Shown here: positions 27,846-36,368 of the stretch, piece by piece
Numbering within the stretch: position 1 is the first letter of the stretch
How the letters are laid out: every line of letters starts with the position of its first letter
Origin: Anaerolineae bacterium
Lineage (GTDB): Bacteria; Chloroflexota; Anaerolineae; DUEN01
DNA length: 64,000 nucleotides
Reading direction: 5' to 3'
NCBI GenBank assembly: GCA_025060615.1
Contig: JANXBS010000002.1
Coordinates: forward strand, 65,244 to 129,243
The notes under the pieces: generated by a model
Databases searched by the model: none
Told to the model about the DNA's origin: nothing
What the model saw: only the letters and a program-made list of their open reading frames with translations
Translations under genes and position numbers: made by a program

Positions 27846-29584
27846 CGCAGTTTCCTCCTGTTTCGCAGCCACCTCTCCAGCTCGTCCAGCGGGAGCGTAT
27901 TGAGCACGCGATCCGGCGTCGCCCAGCCGCGCCGGGCAGTGGCGACGCCGTAGACGATGAAGTCGAAATCGGCCGGGCTGTGCGCATCGCAGTTGATGAC
28001 GATGGGCACGCCCAGTTCCATCGCCCGGTGGACATGTACATCGTCTAGGTCGAGCCGGGCGGGATGAGCGTTAACCTCGATGGCGATCCCAGTTTCGGCT
28101 GCGGCCTGCAATACCACCTCTAAGTCTACTGCGCTCTCCTCGCGGCGGCCAAGCAGCCGGCCGGACGGATGTCCCAACACATCCACATGGGGATTTCGCA
28201 CTGCGGCCAAGGCTCGCGCCGTGATCTGGTCGCGATCTTGCCGCAGTCCTGTGTGCAGGGAAGCCACTACGCAGTCCAACGTGGCCAGCACTTCGTCCGG
28301 ATAATCCAGCGTGCCATCCGCGCGCACCTCCACCTCGGCGCCCTGGAGCAGGCGGAAATCCGACCATCGCCGGTTTAATCGGTCGATCTCGGCCCGCTGT
28401 TCGCGCAGCCGTTCTGCGCTCAAACCGCCGGTGACGCCCAGGCTTCCGCTGTGATCGGTGATGACGAGATAGCGATATCCGCGCGCGCGCGCAGCCTCGG
28501 CCATCTCTTCGATGGTCACTGTACCGTCGCTCCAGGTGGAATGGGAGTGTAGCTCACCCTGCAACTGGCTCAGCTCGATCAGGTTGGGCAACCTTCCCTC
28601 AGCCGCCGCCTCGATCTCCCCACGGTTCTCCCGCAGCTCCGGGGGAATCCAGGGCAGCCCTAGCAGTTCATATACCTCTTCTTCGCTCTCGCAGAATAGC
28701 TCGCGGCCGTCGGCGCGTTTGAGCGAGTACTCACTCAGGCTGAACCCGCGTTTTAATGCCCGCTCGCGCAAGGCGATGTTGTGCGCCTGGGAGCCGGTGA
28801 AGTACTGCAAGGCGGTGCCCCAGTGCTTGGGCGAGACGACGCGCAGGTCCGCTTGGATGCCATCGCGCGTGCGGATGGAGGTCTTGGTGTTGCCGCGCAA
28901 CAGCACCTCGGCCACTTCGGGTAGGTGAACGAAGGCCTCCATCACCGGCTCGGGATCCTCCACGGCAACCAGTAGGTCTAGGTCCCCGATCGTCTCTCGC
29001 CAGCGGCGGAGCGAGCCGGCCACACTCACCCGGGTCAATCCCGGCACGGCAGCCTGAAGCCCGGCCAGCAGCGCCATTGCCAGTGGACGCGCCTGGCCGA
29101 TGGGGACGCGCTGGCTGCGCCGTGCTAGCGCCTGGATGCCTGCCAGGATCTTCTGTTCGCTTTTGGCGCCCATGCCCGGCAGTTGGCGAAGCCTGCCGGC
29201 CTCGGCCGCAGCTTGGAGCTGCTGGATCGAGGTAATGCCCAGTTTTTCCCAGACCAGGCGCGCCGTCTTAGGGCCCACCTCTGGGATTTGGAGCATGTCC
29301 ACCACGCCGGATGGCACCTGCTGCTCTAGCTTTTCCAGATAGGTCATGCGGCCGGTGCGCAGCAACTCATCCAGCTTCTCGGTGAGGGCTTCACCGATCC
29401 CCGGGATCTCGCGCAAGCGGCCTTCGCGCCAGTAATCGGCCAGGTCGCGCGGCAACGCCTCGATGTTGTCCGCGGCGCGCCGATAGGCGAGCACCTTGAA
29501 GCGGTTCTCCCCTTGGATATCCAGGATATCACCAATGCGACGCAAGATCGCCGCGATCTGCCGGTTGCTGGGCGCTTGATCCAT
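27842..29584 (-). CDS. polX: DNA polymerase X family protein (PolX) with C-terminal PHP domain
   Basis: N-terminus IAAILRRIGDILDIQGENRFKVLAYRRAADNIE matches the PolX HhH region. Pol-beta-like core (GSLRRWRETIGDLDLLV). PHP domain (GELHSHSTWSDG...ITDH...). Start at MDQAPS (29584) preferred over the ORF track start of 29605. Confidence 0.9.
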   Translation of the reverse strand: MDQAPSNRQIAAILRRIGDILDIQGENRFKVLAYRRAADNIEALPRDLADYWREGRLREIPGIGEALTEKLDELLRTGRMTYLEKLEQQVPSGVVDMLQIPEVGPKTARLVWEKLGITSIQQLQAAAEAGRLRQLPGMGAKSEQKILAGIQALARRSQRVPIGQARPLAMALLAGLQAAVPGLTRVSVAGSLRRWRETIGDLDLLVAVEDPEPVMEAFVHLPEVAEVLLRGNTKTSIRTRDGIQADLRVVSPKHWGTALQYFTGSQAHNIALRERALKRGFSLSEYSLKRADGRELFCESEEEVYELLGLPWIPPELRENRGEIEAAAEGRLPNLIELSQLQGELHSHSTWSDGTVTIEEMAEAARARGYRYLVITDHSGSLGVTGGLSAERLREQRAEIDRLNRRWSDFRLLQGAEVEVRADGTLDYPDEVLATLDCVVASLHTGLRQDRDQITARALAAVRNPHVDVLGHPSGRLLGRREESAVDLEVVLQAAAETGIAIEVNAHPARLDLDDVHVHRAMELGVPIVINCDAHSPADFDFIVYGVATARRGWATPDRVLNTLPLDELERWLRNRRKLR

Positions 29585-29605
29585 CGCTCGCCATCTGCTT
29601 TCCAT

Positions 29606-30172
29606 TCAATGTTCGGGCCATCGGCCGCGCAGCGGCCAGACCCCCAATTCCACCCACACGCCGGGTGCTTGTTGCACGCTCACCCAGAGCCGATCTACTA
29701 GGAAACGGATATCAGGCACGCGCGGAGCTAACCGTTGGACCACGTGCTCGATATCCGGCCATTCTCCTTCAACGGCCGTGATGTGCGGTTGCCACGTCGC
29801 CAGATCGAAAGGCTGGGTCGGCACGCCCAGTTCCTCTACCTCCGCGGCAATAGCCTGGTAGATATGCTGAAGAGCGGCCGTCTTCTCGACGGGGATGACC
29901 AACCGTTGCCTGGGAGCCCGCAGCGCAAAGGCAACCAATCCACCAGCGCGGACATCAATCGGAGAAAGGCCGCGGACGATGAGCTCAATCCGCTCCTGAA
30001 CGATCTGCGCTAGATGCAACCCATAGATGGTCTGGATGGTCAGATGCGGCTCAAGAAGAGGTGTGCCGCCGCTCTCCGTTGCCAATTGCATGAACAAGTC
30101 GCGGAGGACGGAGAGGGTGGGCTCTGGTGGCTTGCCGATGACGTAGAGCCTACCGTCAACGCTTTCGATCAC
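29606..30172 (-). CDS. 2H phosphoesterase superfamily protein (LigT/ThpR-like 2'-5' RNA ligase / 2',3'-cyclic phosphodiesterase)
   Basis: Two H-x-T/S-x motifs about 80 aa apart (PHLTIQ and PHITAV) in a 188-aa protein. GTG start. Stop abuts the polX start region. Confidence 0.5.
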   Translation of the reverse strand: MIESVDGRLYVIGKPPEPTLSVLRDLFMQLATESGGTPLLEPHLTIQTIYGLHLAQIVQERIELIVRGLSPIDVRAGGLVAFALRAPRQRLVIPVEKTAALQHIYQAIAAEVEELGVPTQPFDLATWQPHITAVEGEWPDIEHVVQRLAPRVPDIRFLVDRLWVSVQQAPGVWVELGVWPLRGRWPEH

Positions 30173-30220
30173 GTGGTCGCTCCGACGAAACCCAAGCCAA
30201 CAGAAAAAGCGTGCAGCGGC

Positions 30221-30249
30221 ATTATACTCGTTTTTCTGGCCGTTGACAA
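30221..30249 (-). promoter_or_regulatory. Sigma70-type promoter (TTGTCA-N17-TATAAT) for the 2H-polX-ligA operon
   Basis: Minus strand reads TTGTCAACGGCCAGAAAAACGAGTATAATG. The predicted TSS is about 40 nt upstream of the GTG start at 30172. Confidence 0.45.
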
Positions 30250-30259
30250 AGGTTTTTCG

Positions 30260-31012
30260 CTATTTCCCCATCGCTTTCAAGGCTTTTATACAGCGATCTA
30301 CGCACTCCAAGGGCGAGTAAGCGTAGCTCTCCTGTTCGACGATGTACCACTGGGTTCCCCCGACGGTCTCGCACAGCCGAAAGACATCATTCCAGCGGAC
30401 ATCGCCCTCGCCGATTAGCGCCTTGTCATTGGTGCGGGAGAACTCCTTGATGTGCACGGTAAGCGCTCGCCCCGGATAGCGCTCAAGGAAGGGGACCGGG
30501 TCGGCCCCACCATACATCGCGTTGCCGGTGTCGAGCTGCATGATTACATCTTGACGAGTATTGCTGAAGAAGGTATCCCAGGGTAGCTCGCCGTCCATGG
30601 GCACGAACTCGATATGGTGGTTGTGATAGCCGACGAGCATCCCTTCAGGGGCCACCCTCTCGGCGATTTCGTTGAAGAGACGAGCCGTTTGCAGCCAGGC
30701 TGCGCGCGAGTTGCGCCGCTCTTCCGGCAAGCCAGGGACGATAAGAAAGCGATTGCCCAGCGTGCGGTTGAACTCGATGGTCTTTGGTAGGTTATCTCCC
30801 AACAGGGTGTCCAAGCTGATATGCGTGCCGGCGACCTTCAGGCCAAGGTCATCCAGCATCTTGCGTAGCTCGGCCGCCGAATAACCGTAATAGCCGGCGA
30901 ACTCGACCCCTTCATAGCCCATTTTGGCGATGGCCGCCAGGGTGCCAGGTAGGTCCCTGGCGCACTCCTCGCGCACGGAATACAACTGCAATGCAATTGG
31001 GATTCGAGTCAT
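30260..31012 (-). CDS. Sugar phosphate isomerase/epimerase (xylose-isomerase-like TIM barrel)
   Basis: MTRIPIALQLYSVREE...GYEGVEFAGYYGY...YHNHHIEF pattern. Strong RBS AAGGAGGA before the ATG at 31012. The ORF track start (31066) is an extension. Confidence 0.75.
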   Translation of the reverse strand: MTRIPIALQLYSVREECARDLPGTLAAIAKMGYEGVEFAGYYGYSAAELRKMLDDLGLKVAGTHISLDTLLGDNLPKTIEFNRTLGNRFLIVPGLPEERRNSRAAWLQTARLFNEIAERVAPEGMLVGYHNHHIEFVPMDGELPWDTFFSNTRQDVIMQLDTGNAMYGGADPVPFLERYPGRALTVHIKEFSRTNDKALIGEGDVRWNDVFRLCETVGGTQWYIVEQESYAYSPLECVDRCIKALKAMGK

Positions 31013-31169
31013 CTTTTCCTCCTTAGGCGCTTGCGCGCAGATGTTAGCTCGGATTATACGGCCCATTGCGAGCTCTAGTCAACGCTGGAAAGCGTGGAAG
31101 TTGCGCTCAAGATCAGAAGAAGCCGACAACACAGCTTCGTTTGCGATTGTCCCAAGCCGAGATCGAAAG

Positions 31170-31175
31170 TATAAT
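31170..31175 (+). promoter_or_regulatory. -10 box TATAAT placed 6 nt before the GTG start of FemAB-1, implying a leaderless mRNA
   Basis: AGTATAATCTCGTCGTGACT. No room for an SD. The N-terminus of the downstream protein is fixed by alignment to its paralog. Confidence 0.4.
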
Positions 31176-31181
31176 CTCGTC

Positions 31182-32246
31182 GTGACTCTATCGTGCCTTT
31201 CGACCCTAGATCGTACGCTGACCGATTCGACCTGGGACGCTTTCCTTGCGCATCGTCCCGATGTGCACATCCTTCAGCATCGCCTGTGGGGCGAGCTGAA
31301 GGCGCGCTTCGGCTGGCGCGCCGAGCGAGTGGCCATCGCTCGTCAGGGTCAGGTTCTCGCCGGCGCGCAGATCCTCTTCCGCCGCCTCCCCTGGGGACAA
31401 ACGCTGGCTTACATCCCGAAAGGCCCCATCATTCCCTGGGAGGAGATGTCCCTCGTCCGCGAGCTTCAACAAGCCCTGATCGCCACAGCCCGTCGCCTTC
31501 ACGCGGCCCTTCTGCTGATCGAGCCAGACCTTCCCGACGATCCACAGGCGAGCGCTCGGTTGGCCGCGCTGGGCTGGCGCCCTTCCCATCGCTCGGTGCA
31601 GCCCCGCAGCACCATCGTAATCGGCCTGGACGGCGACGACGAGACGCTATTAGGGCGCATGAAGCCCAAGTGGCGATATAACGTGCGCCTAGCCGCGCGC
31701 AAGGGCGTGACGGTGCGCATGGGCACGCCGGCTGACCTCCCGGCCGTGTACGCGCTGATGCAGGAGACGGCCCGGCGCGATCGTTTCGCCATCCACGTGG
31801 CCGATTACTACGCAGCAGCATATGGGCTGTTCGTCCCCGCCGGGCTGGCGGCCTGGCTGCTGGCCGAACATGAGGATCGGCTGCTGGCAGCGATCGTGAC
31901 TTTTGCCCATGGCGAGCGAGCCTGGTACTTCTGGGGCGCATCGGCCAGCGAAGGGCGTTCTCTGATGCCCAATCACGCGCTGCAGTGGGCGGCCATGCGC
32001 TGGGCGCGCGATCGCGGCTGCCGGGCATACGACCTGTGGGGCGTTCCCGATGAAGTCGGCCGAAACCCCGAGGCCTATGCTACCTCCGCCATTGAGCCGA
32101 GCGACGGGCTGTGGGGGGTCTACCGATTCAAACAGGGGTTCGGCGGACGCGTGGTACGCTTCGTGGGCGCGTGGGAACGTCCCCTCTCGCCGATGGGTTA
32201 TGCGCTCTATCGGCTAGGGCTACGCTTGCGGCGGGTGACCGAGTGA
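31182..32246 (+). CDS. FemAB-family (GNAT-fold) aminoacyl/peptidyl transferase paralog 1
   Basis: KPKWRYNVRLAARKGVTVR matches the FemAB consensus (K.RYNIR.A.K.GV). C-terminal WYFWGAS..LMPNHALQW..GVYRFKQGFGG. The N-terminus VTLSCLSTLDRTLTDSTWDAFLAHRPDVHILQHRLWGELKA aligns with the paralog start. The ORF track start (30924) is an upstream extension. Confidence 0.6.
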   Translation: MTLSCLSTLDRTLTDSTWDAFLAHRPDVHILQHRLWGELKARFGWRAERVAIARQGQVLAGAQILFRRLPWGQTLAYIPKGPIIPWEEMSLVRELQQALIATARRLHAALLLIEPDLPDDPQASARLAALGWRPSHRSVQPRSTIVIGLDGDDETLLGRMKPKWRYNVRLAARKGVTVRMGTPADLPAVYALMQETARRDRFAIHVADYYAAAYGLFVPAGLAAWLLAEHEDRLLAAIVTFAHGERAWYFWGASASEGRSLMPNHALQWAAMRWARDRGCRAYDLWGVPDEVGRNPEAYATSAIEPSDGLWGVYRFKQGFGGRVVRFVGAWERPLSPMGYALYRLGLRLRRVTE

Positions 32247-33376
32247 TCGCCATTCAGCGTATCAACGATGCTCAAGCGTGGGATGCCGCGCTCCTGCGCT
32301 GGCCGCGGCCACACGTCTTGCAGAGCTGGCTGTGGGGCGAGTGCAAGGCGCAGACGGGCTGGCGAGCGCATCGCCTACTGGTATTGGATGAAAGCGCGCC
32401 TGTGGCGGCGATCTCGCTGCTCTGCCGATCCCTGGGGCCACTGCCCATCCGGGTGGCCTATGTGCCCAAGGGGCCCATCCTCGATTGGGACGATCCGAGG
32501 GCGGTAACGGCGGCGCTCTCGGCCGTGGAGGCGGAGGCCCGCCGATATCGAGCGCTCTTCGTCAAGGTGGACCCAGACGTGCCGGCTGATACGCCAACAG
32601 GGGCGGCGGTTCAGCGGGTCCTGCGAGCGCGCGGCTGGCGGCCCTCCGCCGAACAAATCCAATTTCGCAATACGGTGCTGTTAGACCTGCGCCCGGGCGA
32701 GGAGGCGCTGCTGGAGGCGATGAAGCCCAAGTGGCGATACAATATCCGGCTGGCCCAGCGGCGGGCTGTACAGGTGCGCGCCGGCACTGTGGCGGACTTG
32801 CCAACTTTCTACGCGCTTTACGTCGAGACCAGCGCCCGCGATGGATTTTTGATCCGCCCTTACCCGTACTACCGGGTGATCTGGGAGCGGTTTTTGGCGG
32901 CTGGGCTGGGGCATCTCCTGTTGGCCGAGGCGGAAGGCCAGGTGATCGCCGGGCTATTCCTCTTCCGCTTTGGGCCGACCGCCTGGTACTTCTACGGCGC
33001 TTCTGCCAACCTGGGGCGTCACTTGATGCCGAACCATTTGCTTCAGTGGGAAGCCATCCGCTGGGCGCGGGCGCAGGGCTGTACCACGTACGACCTCTGG
33101 GGCGCGCCGGATACACTGGACGAGCGCGATCCTCTGTGGGGGGTGTATCGCTTCAAGGAGGGGTTCGGCGGCCAGTTCACCCCCTGGATCGGCGCTTGGG
33201 ATTTCCCCATATCCCGGATTGGATACTGGCTATACACCATAGCGATGCCGCGCGTGCTGGAACTCATGCGCCGCCGGCATCCAGCGTCCTCCGCATTTAA
33301 TCCGCACATCGCGCAGAATGTTGTTAATATTTTTGGACATACCCCCCTTCCTTTGCAAATTGTCAGCTATCTGTAA
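32243..33376 (+). CDS. FemAB-family (GNAT-fold) aminoacyl/peptidyl transferase paralog 2
   Basis: About 55% identical to paralog 1 over the conserved blocks (MKPKWRYNIRLAQRRAVQVR; WYFYGASANLGRHLMPNHLLQW; GVYRFKEGFGG). The GTG start overlaps the upstream TGA (GTGA). Confidence 0.6.
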   Translation: MIAIQRINDAQAWDAALLRWPRPHVLQSWLWGECKAQTGWRAHRLLVLDESAPVAAISLLCRSLGPLPIRVAYVPKGPILDWDDPRAVTAALSAVEAEARRYRALFVKVDPDVPADTPTGAAVQRVLRARGWRPSAEQIQFRNTVLLDLRPGEEALLEAMKPKWRYNIRLAQRRAVQVRAGTVADLPTFYALYVETSARDGFLIRPYPYYRVIWERFLAAGLGHLLLAEAEGQVIAGLFLFRFGPTAWYFYGASANLGRHLMPNHLLQWEAIRWARAQGCTTYDLWGAPDTLDERDPLWGVYRFKEGFGGQFTPWIGAWDFPISRIGYWLYTIAMPRVLELMRRRHPASSAFNPHIAQNVVNIFGHTPLPLQIVSYL

Positions 33377-33510
33377 GCTTCAATGCGCCCGCTGCACGTT
33401 AGACTAGACATTGGGGAATTTTTCCCGTTTGCCCTTGATGCCTACGCTATGGGAAGCCTGAAGAGGTGTGGCATCTTTTTTAGGTTTAGAGCAGGAGGTG
33501 GACCAAAGAT

Positions 33511-35536
33511 GAATGCTTTCAGAAAGATTGCAGTGTTGCTGGTGATTGTAGGGCTGGCATCTGTCCTGGTTATGTCTGAAGCCGTTCCAGGATACGCTCA
33601 GAGGCAAGGGCAAGCCGGCACGACGCTCAGCGCCACTGTGAGTATTACCCCTTCCTGGAGGATCACCTACCGTTGGACGATTGACAAATCCGTAACGCCA
33701 GCCACCTGGGACCTGTTCCGCGGCGACAGCGGCACATCCCGGTACACCATCACTGTGACCAAGGACAATGGCACCCAGGAAGCCTGGGTGGAAGGCCAGA
33801 TTTGCGTGACCAACGGCGGGGGACGCCCTACGGAGAATCTGGCCATCGTCGCTGAGCTCTACAATGGTTATCCCCCTCCCAACGATCTCTTGGCATCGGC
33901 CCCGGTTGACGTCAACGGCAATCCGGTGCTGGACCCTGGCGAGACCGGCTGCTATTCCTACCGCGTGAACATCTCGATCACCGGTGGAACGTCCCCACAG
34001 CCAAAGGCTGGTGGCACTTACAAAGTCACGGCCAAAGTCACGATTACGAATCACTCCGGCCATCTGGGTACGCCTTTCGGCCCCAGCCCCAGTGCAACGA
34101 CCACGTTCCCCAGCAGCCCAACGCCAATTCATGACTCCATCAACGTGGATGACACCAACGGCGGCTCCTGGGCTTTCAACGCCAGTGGCTCCGTCTGGTA
34201 TACCAAGACCTTCACCTGTGACGAGGACGCTGGGACGCACAACAACACAGCCACCATCCGCCAAACCGGCCAGTCCGACAGCGCTTCGGTGACGGTCAAC
34301 TGCTACGCGCTGGCGGTGACAAAGGACGCACAGCCCTCCTTCAAACGCACTTATTCCTGGACCATTGACAAGTGGGCCGACCAGAGCGCACTGACCCTCT
34401 CCCTCGGACAGCAGTTCCTAGTGAACTACTCGGTCAAGGTGGACGCCACCTACGCCGATAGCGACTGGGCCGTGCGTGGCAGCATCTCCGTGTATAACCC
34501 GGCTCCGATCGCCGCCACAATCAACAGCGTCTCAGACGTGATATCGCCGGACATTCCTGCAACGGTGGACTGCGGGGTAGGCTTCCCATACTCACTGGCA
34601 GCCGGCGGGACGCTAACCTGCACCTATAGCGCCAACCTGCCCGATGCCTCCAGCCGCACCAACACCGCCACGGCTACACTGCAGAACTATGACTACGACT
34701 ACCAGATGAACAAGACGCCAGCTGGCACTACTGCTTTCTCCGGCTCAGCCGGCATAAACTTCTCCAACGCAATCATAACGGAGGTGGATGAGTGCGTGGA
34801 GGTTAACGACACCTATGCCGGGAGCCTGGGCACCGTCTGCTATCCCAATGTGCCCAAGACGTTCACCTACCAACGCCGGATCGGCCCGTACGACGCCTGC
34901 GGCGACTACACCGTGGAGAACACTGCTTCCTTCACTGCTAACGACACCGGCGCAACGGGCGAAGACTCCTGGAGGGTGACCGTCCACGTGCCGTGCACAG
35001 TTAGCTATACCTTAGGAAATTTCGTCTGGGATGACCAAGACGAGGATGGCATCCAAGATGAGGGCGAGCCCGGTATTTCTGACGTGCCCGTGTGGTTGTT
35101 TAGCGGCGCTTGCGACCCCAACGCCGATTACAACTCCATGACCCCGATCGCCACCACAACGACCGATTCTAATGGCTATTACGAGTTTAACAACCTAAAT
35201 CCTGGCGATTATTGCGTGGTCATCCCTGGCAGCGCCTTTGGAACAGGCCAACCGCTGGCCGGATGGGACCCGACAACACCCAACTCAGGTGACCCCAGCC
35301 AGGATAGTAACGGGCAATCGTCCACCAGCGGCTACATCTACGCATCGGTCACCCTGACCAATCAGAATGACGATACGATTGACTTCGGATTCGTCCGAGG
35401 CGTTCCCACTGCAGTTACACTCTCGACGCTCTCGGCCCGTAGCGGGGCGGCTTGGCCGGCCGGCTCCCTCCTGCTGATCGCGGCCGGCGTCGCCCTCGCC
35501 GGCGGGGCGGCCGCGCTCCATCGCCGTCGCCGCTGA
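33511..35536 (+). CDS. Secreted cell-surface protein with DUF11-like repeats, SdrD-B/CnaB-like domain and C-terminal TM plus RRRR tail
   Basis: Signal peptide MNAFRKIAVLLVIVGLASVLVMSEAVPGYAQ. Two internal repeats (RITYRWTIDK... / KRTYSWTIDK...). SdrD B-like motif GNFVWDDQDEDGIQDEGEPGISDVPVWLF...TDSNGYYEFNNLNPGDYCVV. C-terminus GVPTAVTLSTLSARSGAAWPAGSLLLIAAGVALAGGAAALHRRRR. RBS GGAGGTGG. Confidence 0.7.
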
Positions 35537-35563
35537 TCTGCCTCGCTGTTCATCACTTTTCCA

Positions 35564-35599
35564 GGGGCGATGAGACAGTCTCATCGCCCCTGTTTTTTT
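35564..35599 (+). terminator. Rho-independent terminator of the surface-protein gene
   Basis: GGGGCGATGAGAC-agt-GTCTCATCGCCCC (13-bp perfect stem) followed by TGTTTTTTT. Confidence 0.8.
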
Positions 35600-35766
35600 C
35601 AGATCGCGGAGAGAGTCCCGCCGCACCTCCCAGTGATCAGCGCAAAGACACCCTTTTCCCAAGGCCACGGTAAGTGAGCTACCCTAGCATCTCCCCTTCT
35701 TATCCTATTGCCAGGCCCTCTCCCTTGCGCGAGACTCAAGCCGAGACTCGAAGCAGGAGGGCAACC

Positions 35767-36027
35767 ATGGCAATACGAGAACACGTGTTTCCTCCCGCAA
35801 ACAGCGCTCGGCACGAGGTCAGCCGACCAGCCGGCATCCCCTGGTGGGCTCTCATCTGCACGGTGATCCTGGTGCTCCTCCTGCTGGCGATCTGGAGCAC
35901 GCCGATTTGGGCGGATTTCGGCCGAAATCCCGTCCAGCCAGCTCACGATGAAGTGCCTGGGTGGATCGTCATCCTCCTGATCTTGGGGGCTTTGGCCGGC
36001 GTGCGAGAACTGGTCACCTCTCGATAA
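35767..36027 (+). CDS. Small hypothetical membrane protein (2 TM)
   Basis: 86 aa from ATG 35767, preceded by AGGAGGG at optimal spacing. Two hydrophobic helices. The ORF track start (35674) is an extension. Confidence 0.35.
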   Translation: MAIREHVFPPANSARHEVSRPAGIPWWALICTVILVLLLLAIWSTPIWADFGRNPVQPAHDEVPGWIVILLILGALAGVRELVTSR

Positions 36028-36321
36028 TCCTGGGGGCAGCGGGCTAGGGCTGCTAGTGTCTCTCCTCCTTCGCACTCGGGCGACGGGTTTTACCCGCCGC
36101 CCGATGTGTTTTCCTCTTTCTTAGCCTCTTATCTGACTATGCTTGGCTCATCGAGAGGCATGGAGGCCAAGACAGGCGGGTAAGGGGCCGAAAAAGGGTT
36201 TCTCTGGAGGGACGGTTCGTCCCTCCAGGCCTCCCTTGACCCTGTAGAGGCACAAGCGCAGCCATCAGCTCGAAAAACCACCCTTGGCGAGGCAGGAGCC
36301 AAGGGATGGGAGCCATAGCTA

Positions 36322-36330
36322 TGCTATAAT
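36322..36330 (+). promoter_or_regulatory. Extended -10 promoter (TGcTATAAT) of the molybdoenzyme gene
   Basis: ATGCTATAATGGG. GAGGA RBS 7 nt before the ATG at 36369. Overlaps the shared CATAGCTATGCTA motif. Confidence 0.45.
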
Positions 36331-36368
36331 GGGCCAGTGTCTCATCTCACACCCTGTGAGGACGTCCC

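Noticed and set aside
31206-33116. Several 95-199-aa minus-strand ORFs across the FemAB paralogs
   Set aside because: Arg/Pro/Ala-rich antisense frames. The sense frames are mutually alignable paralogs, which validates the plus strand.
33404-34264. 286-aa minus-strand ORF inside the surface-protein gene
   Set aside because: Antisense to a gene with a signal peptide, internal repeats and an SdrD-B domain. Gly/Arg-rich with no start context.
36203-36227. Perfect 11-bp stem hairpin CTGGAGGGACG-gtt-CGTCCCTCCAG, considered as a tRNA T-arm or a Moco-riboswitch element upstream of the molybdoenzyme
   Set aside because: No cloverleaf or T-loop consensus (loop is GTT, not TTCRANY). It lies upstream of the predicted promoter, so it is probably not in the leader. 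More likely a terminator for the small ORF at 35767-36027 or a structural spacer. Riboswitch identity cannot be supported without covariance-model scoring.
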